In this document: positions 12,442-24,607 of the stretch, in pieces
How positions within the stretch are numbered: the first letter of the stretch is position 1
Layout of the letters: each line of letters opens with the position of its first letter
Assembly (NCBI GenBank): GCA_022813965.1
Contig: JALDZS010000107.1
Coordinates: 1 to 64,000 of the forward strand
DNA length: 64,000 nt
Direction of reading: 5' to 3'
Source of the DNA: Toensbergia leucococca
Taxonomy: Eukaryota
The notes under the pieces: model-generated
Database searches by the model: none
Told to the model about the DNA's origin: nothing
What the model saw: the letters and a program-made list of their open reading frames with translations, nothing else
Program-made: the position numbers and the translations under genes

Positions 12442-13076
12442 ATGCTTCAATCCCAGATCGCCCTCTTCATAGTCTTGACTCTCAAAAGCCTATGTATATA
12501 CGGGTCGCCCACAGCGACTAATCCTTTTCTATGCCCACGTGGAATTTGTTCTTCGGAAGACCCCATTCCCCCGACGAGCTGCGGCCCAGCCCCAACTTCT
12601 CCACTTGGGAAAAATACTAGGCGGTATGCACTTGAGGAGCGCACCTCTCCCGCTCCAAACGCTCCAGTTCCAATCTGCTGTTGGCTATCGAACGCTCAGC
12701 ACCACTTGTTGACCAATGGGATCCCTGGAGATTTATTTTTCCTTCCAGCCGGTACCTATATTATGAATTGGAAGGATATTTACGACTCAGGACCCGCTTC
12801 CCAGGCGATAGGTAAGAAGCGTTGAGTACCCAGAATCAGCTGTCTCCTCTCTAACCCAACCACCGTGCAGTATTAATTGAGCTTTGGACAGTATACAGCG
12901 TCACCATTCCGCGTCCAGAACTAAAATACGTTTACATCGGGGACTTCATGAGTCGAGGCGAGAGTTTCGCCAGCGATGGAGAGAATGGCCAATTTCTCAT
13001 CCTCCGACAGCTCAACGAAGACGAACCTCATCAAATTATTATACCCTGGGCAGTACAACAATTAGAGAAGGATTAA
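12442..13076 (+). CDS. Small secreted Cys-containing protein, 191 aa (effector-like)
   Basis: Hydrophobic N-terminus MLQSQIALFIVLTLKSLCIYG. Intron 12812-12870 (GTAAGA..CTAAC..GCAG) joins in frame to VLIELWTVYSV...QQLEKD*. Confidence 0.65.
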
Positions 13077-13527
13077 GCAGGGGAAAGTCGAGATCCGTAG
13101 CGGTGAATGAAGGAGGATTAATCTGGCTGCCTCATCAACAGTCGGCTATCGCCAGCTCACATTGGAAGCCTTTTGAGTAACGTTATTCTCGACGGGAATT
13201 CATGATGGACTTCGTAAGCAAAGTCAATCATCGGCCATTTGCCTCGAATGTAAATTTTATCCTCCGTACATGAGTCCAGAGCGCCGTCCGAAGCAAATAG
13301 CAGGGTAGAGATAGTATGACCATGCGTAATCTGTAGCCAGCTCCCTTCGCCAGCCAACAAAACAACGAGACATGAGAATCCAACATCACATACAAGCCAT
13401 TCTCAAGAAAAATCCGTCCCACCCGCCATACGGCAACCCCTCCAACCAATCAATCCCTCAAAATGTAACTCCATCCCACCCAAAAATCCCGAGCCCACGT
13501 ACTCTCCCCCCTTAACGTCCGGAACCA

Positions 13528-14038
13528 ATGGCCACAGAGACCTACCGCAAAGTCGGCCGCGGCGGCGCAGGAAACTACTACACCCAGCAAGAAACCCAGA
13601 ACGCCACTCGCCCCCCAACTCCAAGAGTATGTATCCTCCACCAATAAGCCCCTCCCCTGATCCCCCAATCTACTCACACTGACACCATTCCTCCCCACAC
13701 AGGACCTCGAAGCCCAAACCCAAGCCACCTCCCCCACCGCCGACCGCAAACCCTCCCATTCCGGCCGCGGCGGCGCAGGCAATTGGGTTTCGCCCGCGGA
13801 AGCGCACATCTTCGTCGATAATGCGCCTGCGAGACAGGTCGTGAGACAAAGTGCGAAGGGTGGGAGGGTAGCTTCCTATGGGAGGGGGGGCGCGGGCAAT
13901 TTTAGGGTGGAGGAGGAAGGGGGGAGGGAGGCGAGAGAGAGGGAGAGGGAAAAGGTTTATGAGGAGGTTGTGAGGGGAGTGGAGAGGGGGTTGAGCAGGC
14001 CGGAGGAGGCGCATTTGGGGTGGGTGAGGGTTAGGTGA
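13528..14038 (+). CDS. GRGGAGN-repeat protein (DUF3602 / Par32-like)
   Basis: Three GRGGAGN motifs (KVGRGGAGNYY, HSGRGGAGNW, SYGRGGAGNF) once intron ~13631-13702 is removed. Confidence 0.85.
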
Positions 14039-14138
14039 ACGGGGTGGTGTTTCTGGGTTGTTTGGGAATTGTATCCTTTGTATGAATCCTGAACGCCTTA
14101 TGAGGGAAAAGTGGTATCATACACCGAAGTTGAAACAA

Positions 14139-14927
14139 TCAGTCCACATCCATCCGATCTTCCACACCTCCATTCACCATCAGCCTCTGCTTCAATTTTT
14201 TCACCTTCGCCAACTTCTGCGCCGGTATCTCCACCACCAGCTCTTCCGCCAATGGCTCCTCTGCCTCCGTTGCCTCCGCAGCTATTTTCTCCGAACCCTT
14301 CACCCTCGGCAACAGATGCTCATTCTCAGCCACCAGTTTCAGATTCGCCGCCTTCTCCCTCTGTTTATTGCCAGCCATGCGATTCTTGTAGAAGACTCTT
14401 TCTCGCTTGGCACGGATCTCGGAGACTCGTTGCATGGCTTTGAGGGTGGTGGCGACGAGGTCTCTGTTGTAGCGGACGGGGACGTTGCGGCGGGCAGCGA
14501 AGGTGAGGGTGCTGTCGACGACCATTTCTTTGCCAGCGGATTTGCGGAAGGCTTTGGTCCATTTAAGCTGGAGGGATGGAGATTAGTATTTGGCCTTCAA
14601 GGGTAGGGAGTAGGGTTCTTTCGGACTTTGCGGGGATTTCTCTTCATTTTGAACTTTGCGGCGAGGTTAGCTACTGCGGTTCTTTCTTTGGAAAGGGCTT
14701 TGTTGGTACATTTTTGTGGCATTTACTCCTGCAGAACTTGAACACCCGGGCATCGTTTCGCACAAATGTGATGCCTACTTTTAATCAGAAATAGCATTTC
14801 GTTCTGGAGTGCAAGCGATATGGACCTTTCGATGGGTAGCAGGGCTGCGAGCAGAAATAGCACGTCTCGATGCTGTCATATGGTCAGCTAAGAGAGCTCC
14901 ATAAGACCGTTCGTTTGTTTACCGCAT
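14139..14927 (-). CDS. RLP24: Ribosome biogenesis protein Rlp24
   Basis: Spliced exons read [85 protein letters not shown]. Confidence 0.95.
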
Positions 14928-15225
14928 GGCTCTGGGCTGATCCTGATTGAGACACCGAGGTGTCTGATTTCTGGATGTTCAAAGTTTTGGCATTTCCAAA
15001 AATCCGATGTGCCGCTAATGCGGGGATTTGACAGGGATCATGGGATCACGCTAGCGAGGCTAGTAGGAAGCGAGCAAAGAGTCGAGGATTTGATAAAGAA
15101 ACCTTCGCCATCGGTGCTCTCGCAGCACAATTGCAATCCGAAGGCCCATTCCTTCATATTCTAAACCAAACCCTGCATCATTCTATCTCTAGTGTGAATT
15201 TCCCAGTCCAGAAAAAGGCTCCGTA

Positions 15226-15655
15226 ATGGCCACGGTGTTGACAGTAGGCGTTGGGGTAGCTTTGACAGCATTTCTTGTAAGAGAGATCCTTCGCAGAATA
15301 TCAGAAACTATGGACTGAGTTATATCATTAGGGCCGTGCTGGTTTGGTGGCGATGCGGAAATATCGAGGGGCGGCAGGTGCTGCAGCACTAGGGAGGGCT
15401 TTCTACAAAGGTGGCTTCGAGCCAAAGATGAATCGGAGGGAAGCTGCTTTGATTTTGCAACTGAGGTATATAGACTGGGTTCTCTTGAAAGACCATATCA
15501 TTTACGAGATCTGATATAGCGAGCGAACCTTGACCAAGGATAAGATCCGAAAGAATCACAGGCAGCTCATGCTTTTGAACCATCCGGATCGAGGGGGCAG
15601 TCCATACTTGGCTACAAAAGTCAACGAGGCAAAAGAGTTCTTGGAGAAGAATTGA
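15226..15655 (+). CDS. PAM18: Mitochondrial import motor J-protein Pam18/Tim14
   Basis: Three exons: [17 protein letters not shown] | [11 protein letters not shown]...[21 protein letters not shown] | [42 protein letters not shown] (HPD motif). Not in the ORF track. Confidence 0.95.
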
Positions 15656-16187
15656 AAGCCATTCCATCGCACCTGATTTCCTGTACTTGAAGCCCTGGGT
15701 CATTAGCATCAGCGGGGGCGTTGGTGATTTTGCACTGGGCGGCGTTGTCAGTCATTCTTAGCTGTTGCAAGGAACTTGAATACAGAACACTTCACTCAGA
15801 TTCAGTAAACCTTACACCGAGGGCTTTGACGTTTCTTGGAATGACAGTGGTAATCTTTGTCGTTGCTAATGAAAACACGTCTCATTTCTGATCATACAAC
15901 TTACATCTCGTTCTTTGTCGGAGTCTTTTTCAATGACAATCTTAGTACAGTGCTCCATCCCGTGGTAAGTGAATTAGGTGGGTGAGGCGGTGTTTCTTCT
16001 TCACTAAGTTTCCGTGCATCTACCTAATTCCAGCATTCTAGATTACCTATGCCCCTCGTTGTCCAGGAATGATTACTTCCTAGGTAAGCTGGTCATACAT
16101 ATCTGCTCGAATCGCTGCGAATTAGTGGCAAACCCCATGTAGTCACCAACTGTCCTCACTATCGAATCTCTACTAAGCTTACCATAG

Positions 16188-16922
16188 ATGCCGCCGTCAA
16201 AAATGGACGATTCCTGGGACTTTTGCAAGTTCGTAACGCTTTAAATCTTGAAGAAATGCCTTGCTAACAAATAAGATAGGCATCTACGCGGCGGCATGGT
16301 GCAAATATCTGTTGGTAGTTCCGCGACCAAATTCCAAGTCCATCGCGATCTTCTCTGTTCACAATCCCAATATTTTGCCAAGCTATATTCGGGACCTTGG
16401 GTGGACGGGAAAGGCGATCATGACCTACCAGAGGACAATGACGTGGCCTTCAGCATGATAGTCCATTGGCTTTACACAGGAAAATTCAGTTTCACGCCCG
16501 TGGTAGAAGCTCAAGATATGGCCTACCTTCAGCTTTATGTTCTGGCTGACAAACTGCTCTTCAATAAAATGGAAAGCGCAATTTTCAAGTGCATTTGCGA
16601 GGCGTCATCTAAGAAGTGGTACGCTATCAATGCCGCAGAGGTTACCTACATCTACGAAAACACTAGCCCTGACACCAGACTTCGTCGCTACGCTGCAAAT
16701 CTGATTGCCTTCTGCATCAATCAACAACCAGAGAACACATTTGAACAATTTCGGGGATGCATTGAAAAGATACCAGACTTTGCGTTTGATCTTTGCCAAG
16801 CAATGAAGAATGCAATGAAGAGTGCAGTGTCTTGGGGCCCTTCTCCACCCGACCCACGCTCAACGCAGACGACTCATCCTAGAAATGATCAAACGACACC
16901 TTGGGCATCGAGAGAATGGTAG
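16188..16922 (+). CDS. BTB/POZ domain protein
   Basis: VQISVG..FQVHRDLLCSQSQYF, LPEDNDVAFSMIVHWLYTG and LYVLADKL motifs. Short first exon from ATG 16188. Confidence 0.85.
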
Positions 16923-17298
16923 TCATAGTTTCGAACATGCTTCATTGCACGAGGAGAAAGTCGACGATCTATTATGATAAGGCGATATCATTCAGAAAGC
17001 GTAAATCAGCTGCACATGGAAATCAACAACAGGTATGGAATCTTGTGTAGGAAGGTCTACACACCAAGCTAAAACGTCTTTCCTAGATCAGATGGCTGAG
17101 CTAAATGTGGGAACGTAGTGCAAAAATAACAGCGTAGTACTGACAGCTTGGGGCAACTTCATGGCACTTCCTGATTGTATCTCTTGCTCCTTCTATCTGA
17201 AAGCACTGTTTCCATTTCTGAGACCCTGTTCTCAGCTTTTGATTTGCTGTCAAGCTTTTGAGACTGATTAAAAGCACATCAATGAAGAGTTGCAATTT

Positions 17299-18862
17299 CT
17301 AGAGATTTTCTGTCTTATCAACAAAGGCACTGATGAAGCTTGCAAATCCTTTCCTTTCCTCCATTTGCAATACGTGACCACGTCCCTCAAAGGTCACATA
17401 GGTCACTCCTTGCTCCTCTCCGCCAAGTTCTTGCACTAACACCTGCGCATGTGGAAATGTGACCATATTATCAATAGTTCCGTGCATTACCTGAATTCTT
17501 TCTCGTCCTACTGCGTCCCCCAACGCCCTGAGTTGCTCTGGACCCTTGTGATGCCAGCCAGCAGCAATAGCTTGACATACAAAGCCCGTTCGCGTGAAGG
17601 CCTCGGGATCTTGCCGCTTCTTAAGTTCTTGGGCAGCAAATCTATCACCGTTGGTTGGGAAACCTCCGTCGACATCAGGTTCTGCCAGCCAGGAATCGCT
17701 GAAAAGTCGGGTCTTGACTTCGGCTATCTGGACGTCTGGTGCCTTAGGGATACTACTAATGTTAGAAAACCACGGGAGAAGAGTTAAAGCTGACATCGTA
17801 CAACATGTTGATTCGATTCCTAAGGTTCTGTACAAAGCCCTACGATGTGGCGTCAGTAAAGTTTTTGTAAGAGTATGGAAGGTACAGTAAAGGAGACTGG
17901 GAGATTTTCGAAATGATACTAATATTCTTTCTCTCAGTAAATGAAAACACGTTTTGTTTGGAAGCATGCCGTTTTTCATTCCGTACTGAAAATGCCTTTG
18001 AAAGAGGCTGCAAGTATTTCGAAAACCTCCAAGTCTCCTTTAACGTATAGATCTCACACATACCACGGTATTGACTAATCTTGCTGCTGTTGACACAAGT
18101 GATAGAGACGCGATTCTCTCTGGTACTAACAAAGCCTAACGTGTACTTCAGATTCCAGTCCCGTTTCTTCAGTGGATTCGGGGCTCTTACTAGCTCTTGA
18201 GCAATCATGCCACCCATGCTGGTACCGATGACATGCAAGTCTCTCCTTGATGTCCAGCCAACATGGTCAATGAGCTCTAATGTATCTTTTGCCATCTCGG
18301 AGGTAGAGTACCGCATCAACGGTTTGTCCGACTGTCCCATTCCTCGATTATCAAAAACTAGACATGTGTACTTTGAGCTTTGATCATGACCAAAGTCTTT
18401 CGTCTGCCGCTGCCATGCGCTTTTGAAAGCACCGAGCCCCATTATAAACTAGCAGGATGATCAGACTTGCTTTGTTTACTCCAGATACAGATTTGATTAA
18501 AGCTGCAGAGCATAGCATTAACTTGTATGCTTGCAAAGAACAACAGAAAGTGACGGCGTCCCTCGGACTCTGCAATAGAAACGCCTTCGGTCTTGAATCA
18601 AGTCCCACACTTATATTATGTTATACTGCATATTAGGAAAGCGTGTCATCTCACCACCAAATGTCTAGGTCCATCCCCATGGAGCTCATACGAAAGTTGT
18701 AGTGGGCCGCCTCGATCCTCTGCAACGGCAACTTTTCCTTCTTTCGTCGGAGGGAGATCCCAAGCCACATGAGCATACTCTGGATGCTTATATATTTCAG
18801 CAGAGGTAAGGGGTGCCCTGCAAATTAGCATGTTCCTGGACTTCAAGAGGGTAGGCTTACAT
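17299..18862 (-). CDS. Alpha/beta-fold hydrolase
   Basis: FDNRGMG, nucleophile elbow GTSMG, VMHGTIDNMV and GRGHV. Introns include 17840-18063 and 18449-18654. Start codon probably split by intron 18818-18860. Confidence 0.88.
17885..18045. mobile_element. 161-bp MITE (Tc1/mariner-type, TA TSD) inside a hydrolase intron
   Basis: Left TIR CAGTAAAGGAGACTGGGAGATTTTCGAAAT versus right revcomp CGTTAAAGGAGACTTGGAGGTTTTCGAAAT. TA on both sides (17883-84, 18046-47). Inner IR TCAGTAAATGAAAA..TTTTTCATTCCGTACTGA. Confidence 0.8.
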
Positions 18863-18964
18863 ATTTACTCACGCATACCTAGCTAGTAAACATTGACCAG
18901 CGATCGAAGGGATCCAGCTCAGCGACTGGCGGCTGTTCTAGCGCAGCGGTAGGACGGAAGACTA

Positions 18965-19844
18965 ACTGTTACTTAGCGCAACATCGCGAAAATCAAATTA
19001 TCAATCTACCAACATCACATTTCAATGTAGGTATACTGTAATAACGTTCAATTCTCATCATCATGGCGTACATCCACACCTGATTAATAGCTGCTGATGT
19101 ATGAACGCCCCTTTCTGATAGATGTACACCTTCCCCCCCCCCTCAGTCGCAACATCACTGAGGGAAATTATATCATTCTGCATCACATCTTGCCTCAATT
19201 CCTCACCACTTTTGCATGCCTTATATCTTCTCAATTGCATGTCATTTAGTAGCAAGCTGTACATAGAGAATTATCATGATTTCACACCTGGTTCTGACTT
19301 GATTCCCCTCACCCCCGGGCGCACAATCACCCCTCAGGCAACATTTACCTTCTGAATCATCTACATTCTGAACACTGTAAACAGCTCATCATTCACCTGA
19401 ATAGCATGATCCTTCTTCACCTCATCAGCTCTCATATCAGCCCTCAGACCTCACTCCCACCCTCACCCCGCCCTCACCCCCGCCCTCATCCCCGCCGTCA
19501 CTCTGTAGATAATCATGAAGATTCTTTAGGTAAAGCTTGCTACTAAATGACAATTGAGGAGGTAGATGATAAGCAAAAGAGGTTGAGAATTGAGTGCAAG
19601 TGTGATGTGAGATCATGATGACTCTCTATGCGCTCAGGGCTCACTAAAGCCTAATCAGATAATGGTATGAGGGGGGTGTCAGGTTATCAAAATAGGGTGT
19701 CAGGATATTACAAGCCTATCAACATCTATGAGATTGTTGATGATATCTAGTGTTGTGGTTGATGATATCGAAGAAGTCTATCTGCAAAATCTGAAAATCA
19801 AGATTCAAGTTTTGCGATTTTGCGATGTTGCGGTAAATAACAGT
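18965..19844. mobile_element. 880-bp non-autonomous TIR DNA transposon (TA TSD)
   Basis: Left ACTGTTACTTAGCGCAACATCGCGAAAATC versus right revcomp ACTGTTATTTACCGCAACATCGC-AAAATC. TA at 18963-64 and 19845-46. Interior is TpG/CpA-rich with no intact long ORF. Confidence 0.8.
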
Positions 19845-20137
19845 TAGGCTTCCCTAGGTAGCCGAAGCTGACTTATCGTTGCTGCCTGCATCATCGATCC
19901 AAAAATTGACGTGCAAACGACTACTTCAGTATACGACAATCTGTTGTCTTGTGCTCGAGTCTGACTGCCTCTCCAGTATAAAGCAATTGTGTGTGCTTTG
20001 CGCATTAATACTCCGAGGCACAACGGAGAACATGCCGAACAACCTTTGTGAATGACTAGATTTTTTGAAGAATTTATCATTTGATTATACCAATACGAAT
20101 ACATTTGCTTGGAAGAGTGGTTGCTTGCAGAAAGACT

Positions 20138-23127
20138 ATGATTGAATCCAATCAATCTCAGAAGGACCGGGATTCCTATAACGTCCCGCCCATCATGAAC
20201 CCACCGCCTCAGATATTTGGTGCCAGCGACCGAGATGACTCGCCAACCTTCGCCAGCGGCCCCTATTTTACGGATGACCATGCCGGCCTAGGCGTAGAGG
20301 AGAGCAACGAGGCGAAGAGGCGGAGAATAGCTAGGGTACAGCTCCCCAGACTTTCTGGTACAATTGGTCGCTGAACATGGTACGGCAGGCATGTGACATG
20401 TGTCGAAAGAAGAAAATCAAGTGCGATGGGAAGATGCCGTCTTGCACACACTGTATTAATTACAAGACAGAGTGTATATTCACTCAGGTGGAGAAGAAGC
20501 GGAATCCACCCAAGGGGCACGTGGTCCTAGAAGAAAAGACTCACTCCATTCACTGATACCCCTTACAGAGCCAAGTATATCGAGGGACTAGAAAACAGAC
20601 TTGGCCGAATGGAGTCGCTCCTGAAGCTTTCTGGGCTCTTGAATGAGGATGATGGCGATAGGACAGATTTAGGAACATTGGAGAAAAGGCTAGCCGACAA
20701 AACCCATGGTAGTGGTGCTCCATCCATAAGAAGTCCGAACGCCTCTAGCCCGGGCAGTCAACCTCGGGCATCGATTGAGTCGAGTCACAATACCCCCCAG
20801 CTTGAGAAACTAGCAAGCCCTCATAGCCAGGAGAGTTCGCCTGACCAACACAAAGACGGAGAGGAAGTCGAAGCCTTATCTGACATGATGTGCTCCCTCG
20901 TGACAAACAACTGCGGCGAGTCAAGGTACATTGGTAAGTTTTGCGTCTGCATCTACTGAACAGTAATTGACCTTGGCCAGGATCATCATCTGGGTTCTCC
21001 ATCTTCTCCCCAAAGGGTATACAATGGGTGAACGAGAAGACTGGCGATAGTTCTTTCCAAGAGATGATCTCCTCAGCAGCAGTTGATGACAACAGATGGG
21101 TACATTGGAAACCTGAGATCTTCGGTGACATTTTCGTTCGTCGTACGTTCGTGTCCTTGCCACACAGGGATGACGCTCTTTCGTTATTGAAAGACTTTTT
21201 CGAAAACTTCAATTGCATGTTCCCGCTTTTCCATGAACCAACCTTTATGCATCTCGTAAATCGACAGTATTCGAGAGATCCGTACGAAGGCTCGGGCTGG
21301 TGGGCCAGTCTCAACGTTGCCCTAGCTATCGCGCATAGATTACGTGTCATGAGCAACCTTGTACCACAGGAAGAGGACAACAAAGCATGGGGCTTTCTTA
21401 AGAATGCCCTCGGGGTACTTACTGAACTGACAATGCGAAATACCGACCTTCTCAGTGTGCAAGCCCTACTTGGCATGGTAAGCTTCTTTACCTCCAATTA
21501 CCCGTAATTACATTGTTTGATGGAGGTTGACGACTCAACTACAGGCCTTGTTCTTGTCGGGTACTCCCAATCCTCAGCCATCGTTTTTCCTTGTTGCAGC
21601 TGCAATACGTCTTGCACATAGCATTGGTCTGCACAAACGGGGCTCAGGATTCAACCTGAATCCTGTCGAGCTTGAACAACGAAAGCGAGTTTTCTGGATT
21701 GCCTACCTACTGGACAAGGAGTAAGTATGTCCCTTTGGCTCATGGCTCCTCAAATAACAACGGGCAGTATATGCCTTCGATCAGGTCGACCACCAGCGCA
21801 AGATGACGATGACATGAATGTTGAATTACCTAGCGACGACCCGAGCGATAACATCGGTAACATTCCTCTTGCTGATGGGAAAGGTAAGACCAATTTGTTC
21901 AGGCTAATGTGCACTTTCGCAATTATCGAGAGCAAAGTGTACAAACAGCTGTATTCTACAAAGGCGTCTAGGCAGTCGGACGGCGCACTGTTGAATACCA
22001 TCGGTGAACTTGATCACGAATTAGAGCAATGGAAAGATGGAATACCTCTTGATTTTCGACCCGAGCATGAAATCAAAGCATCTCATACGCCCTTGATTCT
22101 TCATATTGTGGTGCTGCACTTTGCCTACTACAATTGTCTGACTACCATCCATCGTATGTCAGTGCACCATGGATATTGGACTAGTCGGCTCTCGAATTAT
22201 GCCATCCAGGGGCTCAACGCAAGGCCACTCAACCCACGAGTTTTTTCTTCGGCCGCACTGTGCGTGCAAGCTGCACGAGCTTCGATTCAACTTGTGAGAT
22301 ACATTCCACAAGGTGATTATGCTTGTGTTTGGTAAGTTCCGCTGGAGTGTTGGTCTCACAATCTCAACTGACCAGGTTGTAGGTTGATTATTTACTTCCC
22401 AGTGTCTGCCCTAGTCACATTGTTTGCAAATATTTTACAAAACCCGCAAGATGCGCGAGCACGCTCCGACGTTAAATTGATGAACCAAGTGGTCAACTTC
22501 TTATCATTACTGAGCGTAGACGAGGAGAATGGTGGAGTCAAGCGTATGCTAGGCGTGTGCTCGGAGTTTGAGCGAATTGCCAAAGTGGTCCTCGATAAAG
22601 CTGAGAAGGAGTCACACTCGAGGAGGAAACGAAAAGTTGACAAGAACCAAGAGGAAACAAGTCAGAAACCGCAGCAGACTTCGGAAAGATATATGGCGTC
22701 CCATTCACCACTTACAAAGAGCGTAACGACGCCATCAAATGTGTTCGACCCCAATTTTGGTGGGGACCTCAGTAACAGACCTTTCAATCCCTCACTCAAC
22801 GGATTTTCCCCGATCCTACAACACAGTGGTCTGCCACTGTTGACAGACTACAATTCTGGATCGAGTGATTTTGCTAGCATTATGACATCGTCTAATGGCA
22901 TGACTCCTAGTAGCTCGACGCCTAGTTTTTCCGACAATGCCCAGCAGTACACCAATGGTACTGGGTCTCCTCTGAACATGGGCTCGTTCCAGCAGCCATT
23001 CGTACCTCAAGATCTTTGGCAAATGCCAATGACTTTGGAGTGGGACTGGGCAGACATGACTGGGATCAATTACCCAGCTTTTGACAGTGCAGATGGAGGC
23101 CCGGCAATGCCGCCAAACGGACAATAG
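20138..23127 (+). CDS. atrR: Zn(II)2Cys6 transcription factor, AtrR-like (regulator of ABC transporter and sterol genes in Aspergillus)
   Basis: [69 protein letters not shown] and C-terminal [23 protein letters not shown] match my recollection of the AtrR family. About 6 introns. Confidence 0.85.
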
Positions 23128-23572
23128 CAAGAACATAGTGACGCTGCATGGATTGGGATGTATTAACGGGAAACGGCGCGATGAAAACTATGTTACGACA
23201 TGGTATGTGGAGGTACATTAGGAACTGGAGTTGTTACTTTTGCTCTTACTTCTTGTGGAGACTTTGAAGAGACATATCCTGTAGACGTAACACCGCTCAA
23301 TCCAAGTAGAGCTAAATGGCTTCAATCATTGGAGTTTGATGGCTGGTTTCTTGAATCGTCGAGTGGCTGAACGATGATATATCAATTCATTTGATAGGGC
23401 TGCGAGTCGGAGGAGGCAGGGCTAGTAAAAACATAGCTAGTACGGAGTACCTACCTACCTAGGTAAGCAAAGCTGCCTTTATTTCAACGTCATCTTCGCA
23501 AACAAAGCAAGGGGTGCTGATGCCTCCACCTAACTTTCATTGAGTTCTTTGATCTCAATTACGACAAGGACC

Positions 23573-24163
23573 ATGTCCGTGTCTGGATATGCCTCGGAGT
23601 ATCCTGATACTCCTGTCAATCCCGGCATCCAGACATTCTTCGAGACCTTCTACAAGACATCGGATACACCTGACGCTCATGATCGATATGCTGATTCTTT
23701 TACCAAAGACGCTGTTTTGATAATGGCCTCGAAGAAGGCTACTGGCAGATCGGGTACAGAGTCTCAATTTTGTCTCGTCAAGATGGAATCTGTTGACAGG
23801 CATTTCATATTCCTTATTATGCCAGGCTGAACCTCGTCTTTCTGTACAGAAATCCTAGCCCTTCGCAAAGGTATGTGGGAGCATGTCGCTAGTAGACAGC
23901 ACACGCCTGTCAAAGTGTTTCCGTTTGGGGCGAATGCCGATGAGGTCATGCTGTATGGGACTGTAGCCTATGGCTTGAAGAGTGGAAAGAGCAACGTTGT
24001 GGATTGGGCGGCGAGGGCGCACTTGGTGGAAGAGGATGCGACCATGAAGATGGATTTTTATCAAGTCTATCTGGTATGTCATGCTACTTGTCACGTACCT
24101 ATTACATGAGAGATGCTGACAAGGAGAGCATAGGATACTGCTGAACAAAGCACGAGTAGATAG
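23573..24163 (+). CDS. SnoaL/NTF2-like small protein
   Basis: IQTFFETFYKTSD..YADSFTKDA | EILALRKGMWEHVASRQH..EVMLYGTVAY..MDFYQVYL | DTAEQSTSR*. Two introns. Confidence 0.75.
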
Positions 24164-24607
24164 CAATGCAGTGTCTTTGTCGAGTGCTGTTGATCTTGTC
24201 TCAATGTGACTTGTATGTGGGGAAACTCAATTCGTTCCGATATATCAACTCTCCTTTTTTTTTTGAAGTGTTGACCTAGTGGCAATTAGGGTTATTCACA
24301 TATCACATATCCAACATCCCTTTCACATTCATTCTACCAATCTTCTTCACACATGACTGAATGAGAACTTCACTCCGCTCAACACATCCGTCCACTCTCA
24401 TACCTGGGTATATATATCACCACACATCCTCGTCAACCCATTCCTTCGACACTACTTCTTCTGACAACCTTCCTGCACTTTGCACTCGATCCCAAACATC
24501 GACAACATCTTCCATCTTTCATCTTTCGATCATCATCTTACATCTTCCATCCATCATACACGTACTCTAATTCCTCTTCTTTTCATCCAAGTACTCCTCT
24601 CACCGGC

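Noticed and set aside
24286..24294. TTAGGGTTA, a telomerase RNA template-like TAACCCTAA on the minus strand
   Set aside because: Only a 9-mer. Downstream sequence runs into an A-tract and the antisense of the SnoaL gene, with no U-rich pseudoknot or CR4/5-like element.
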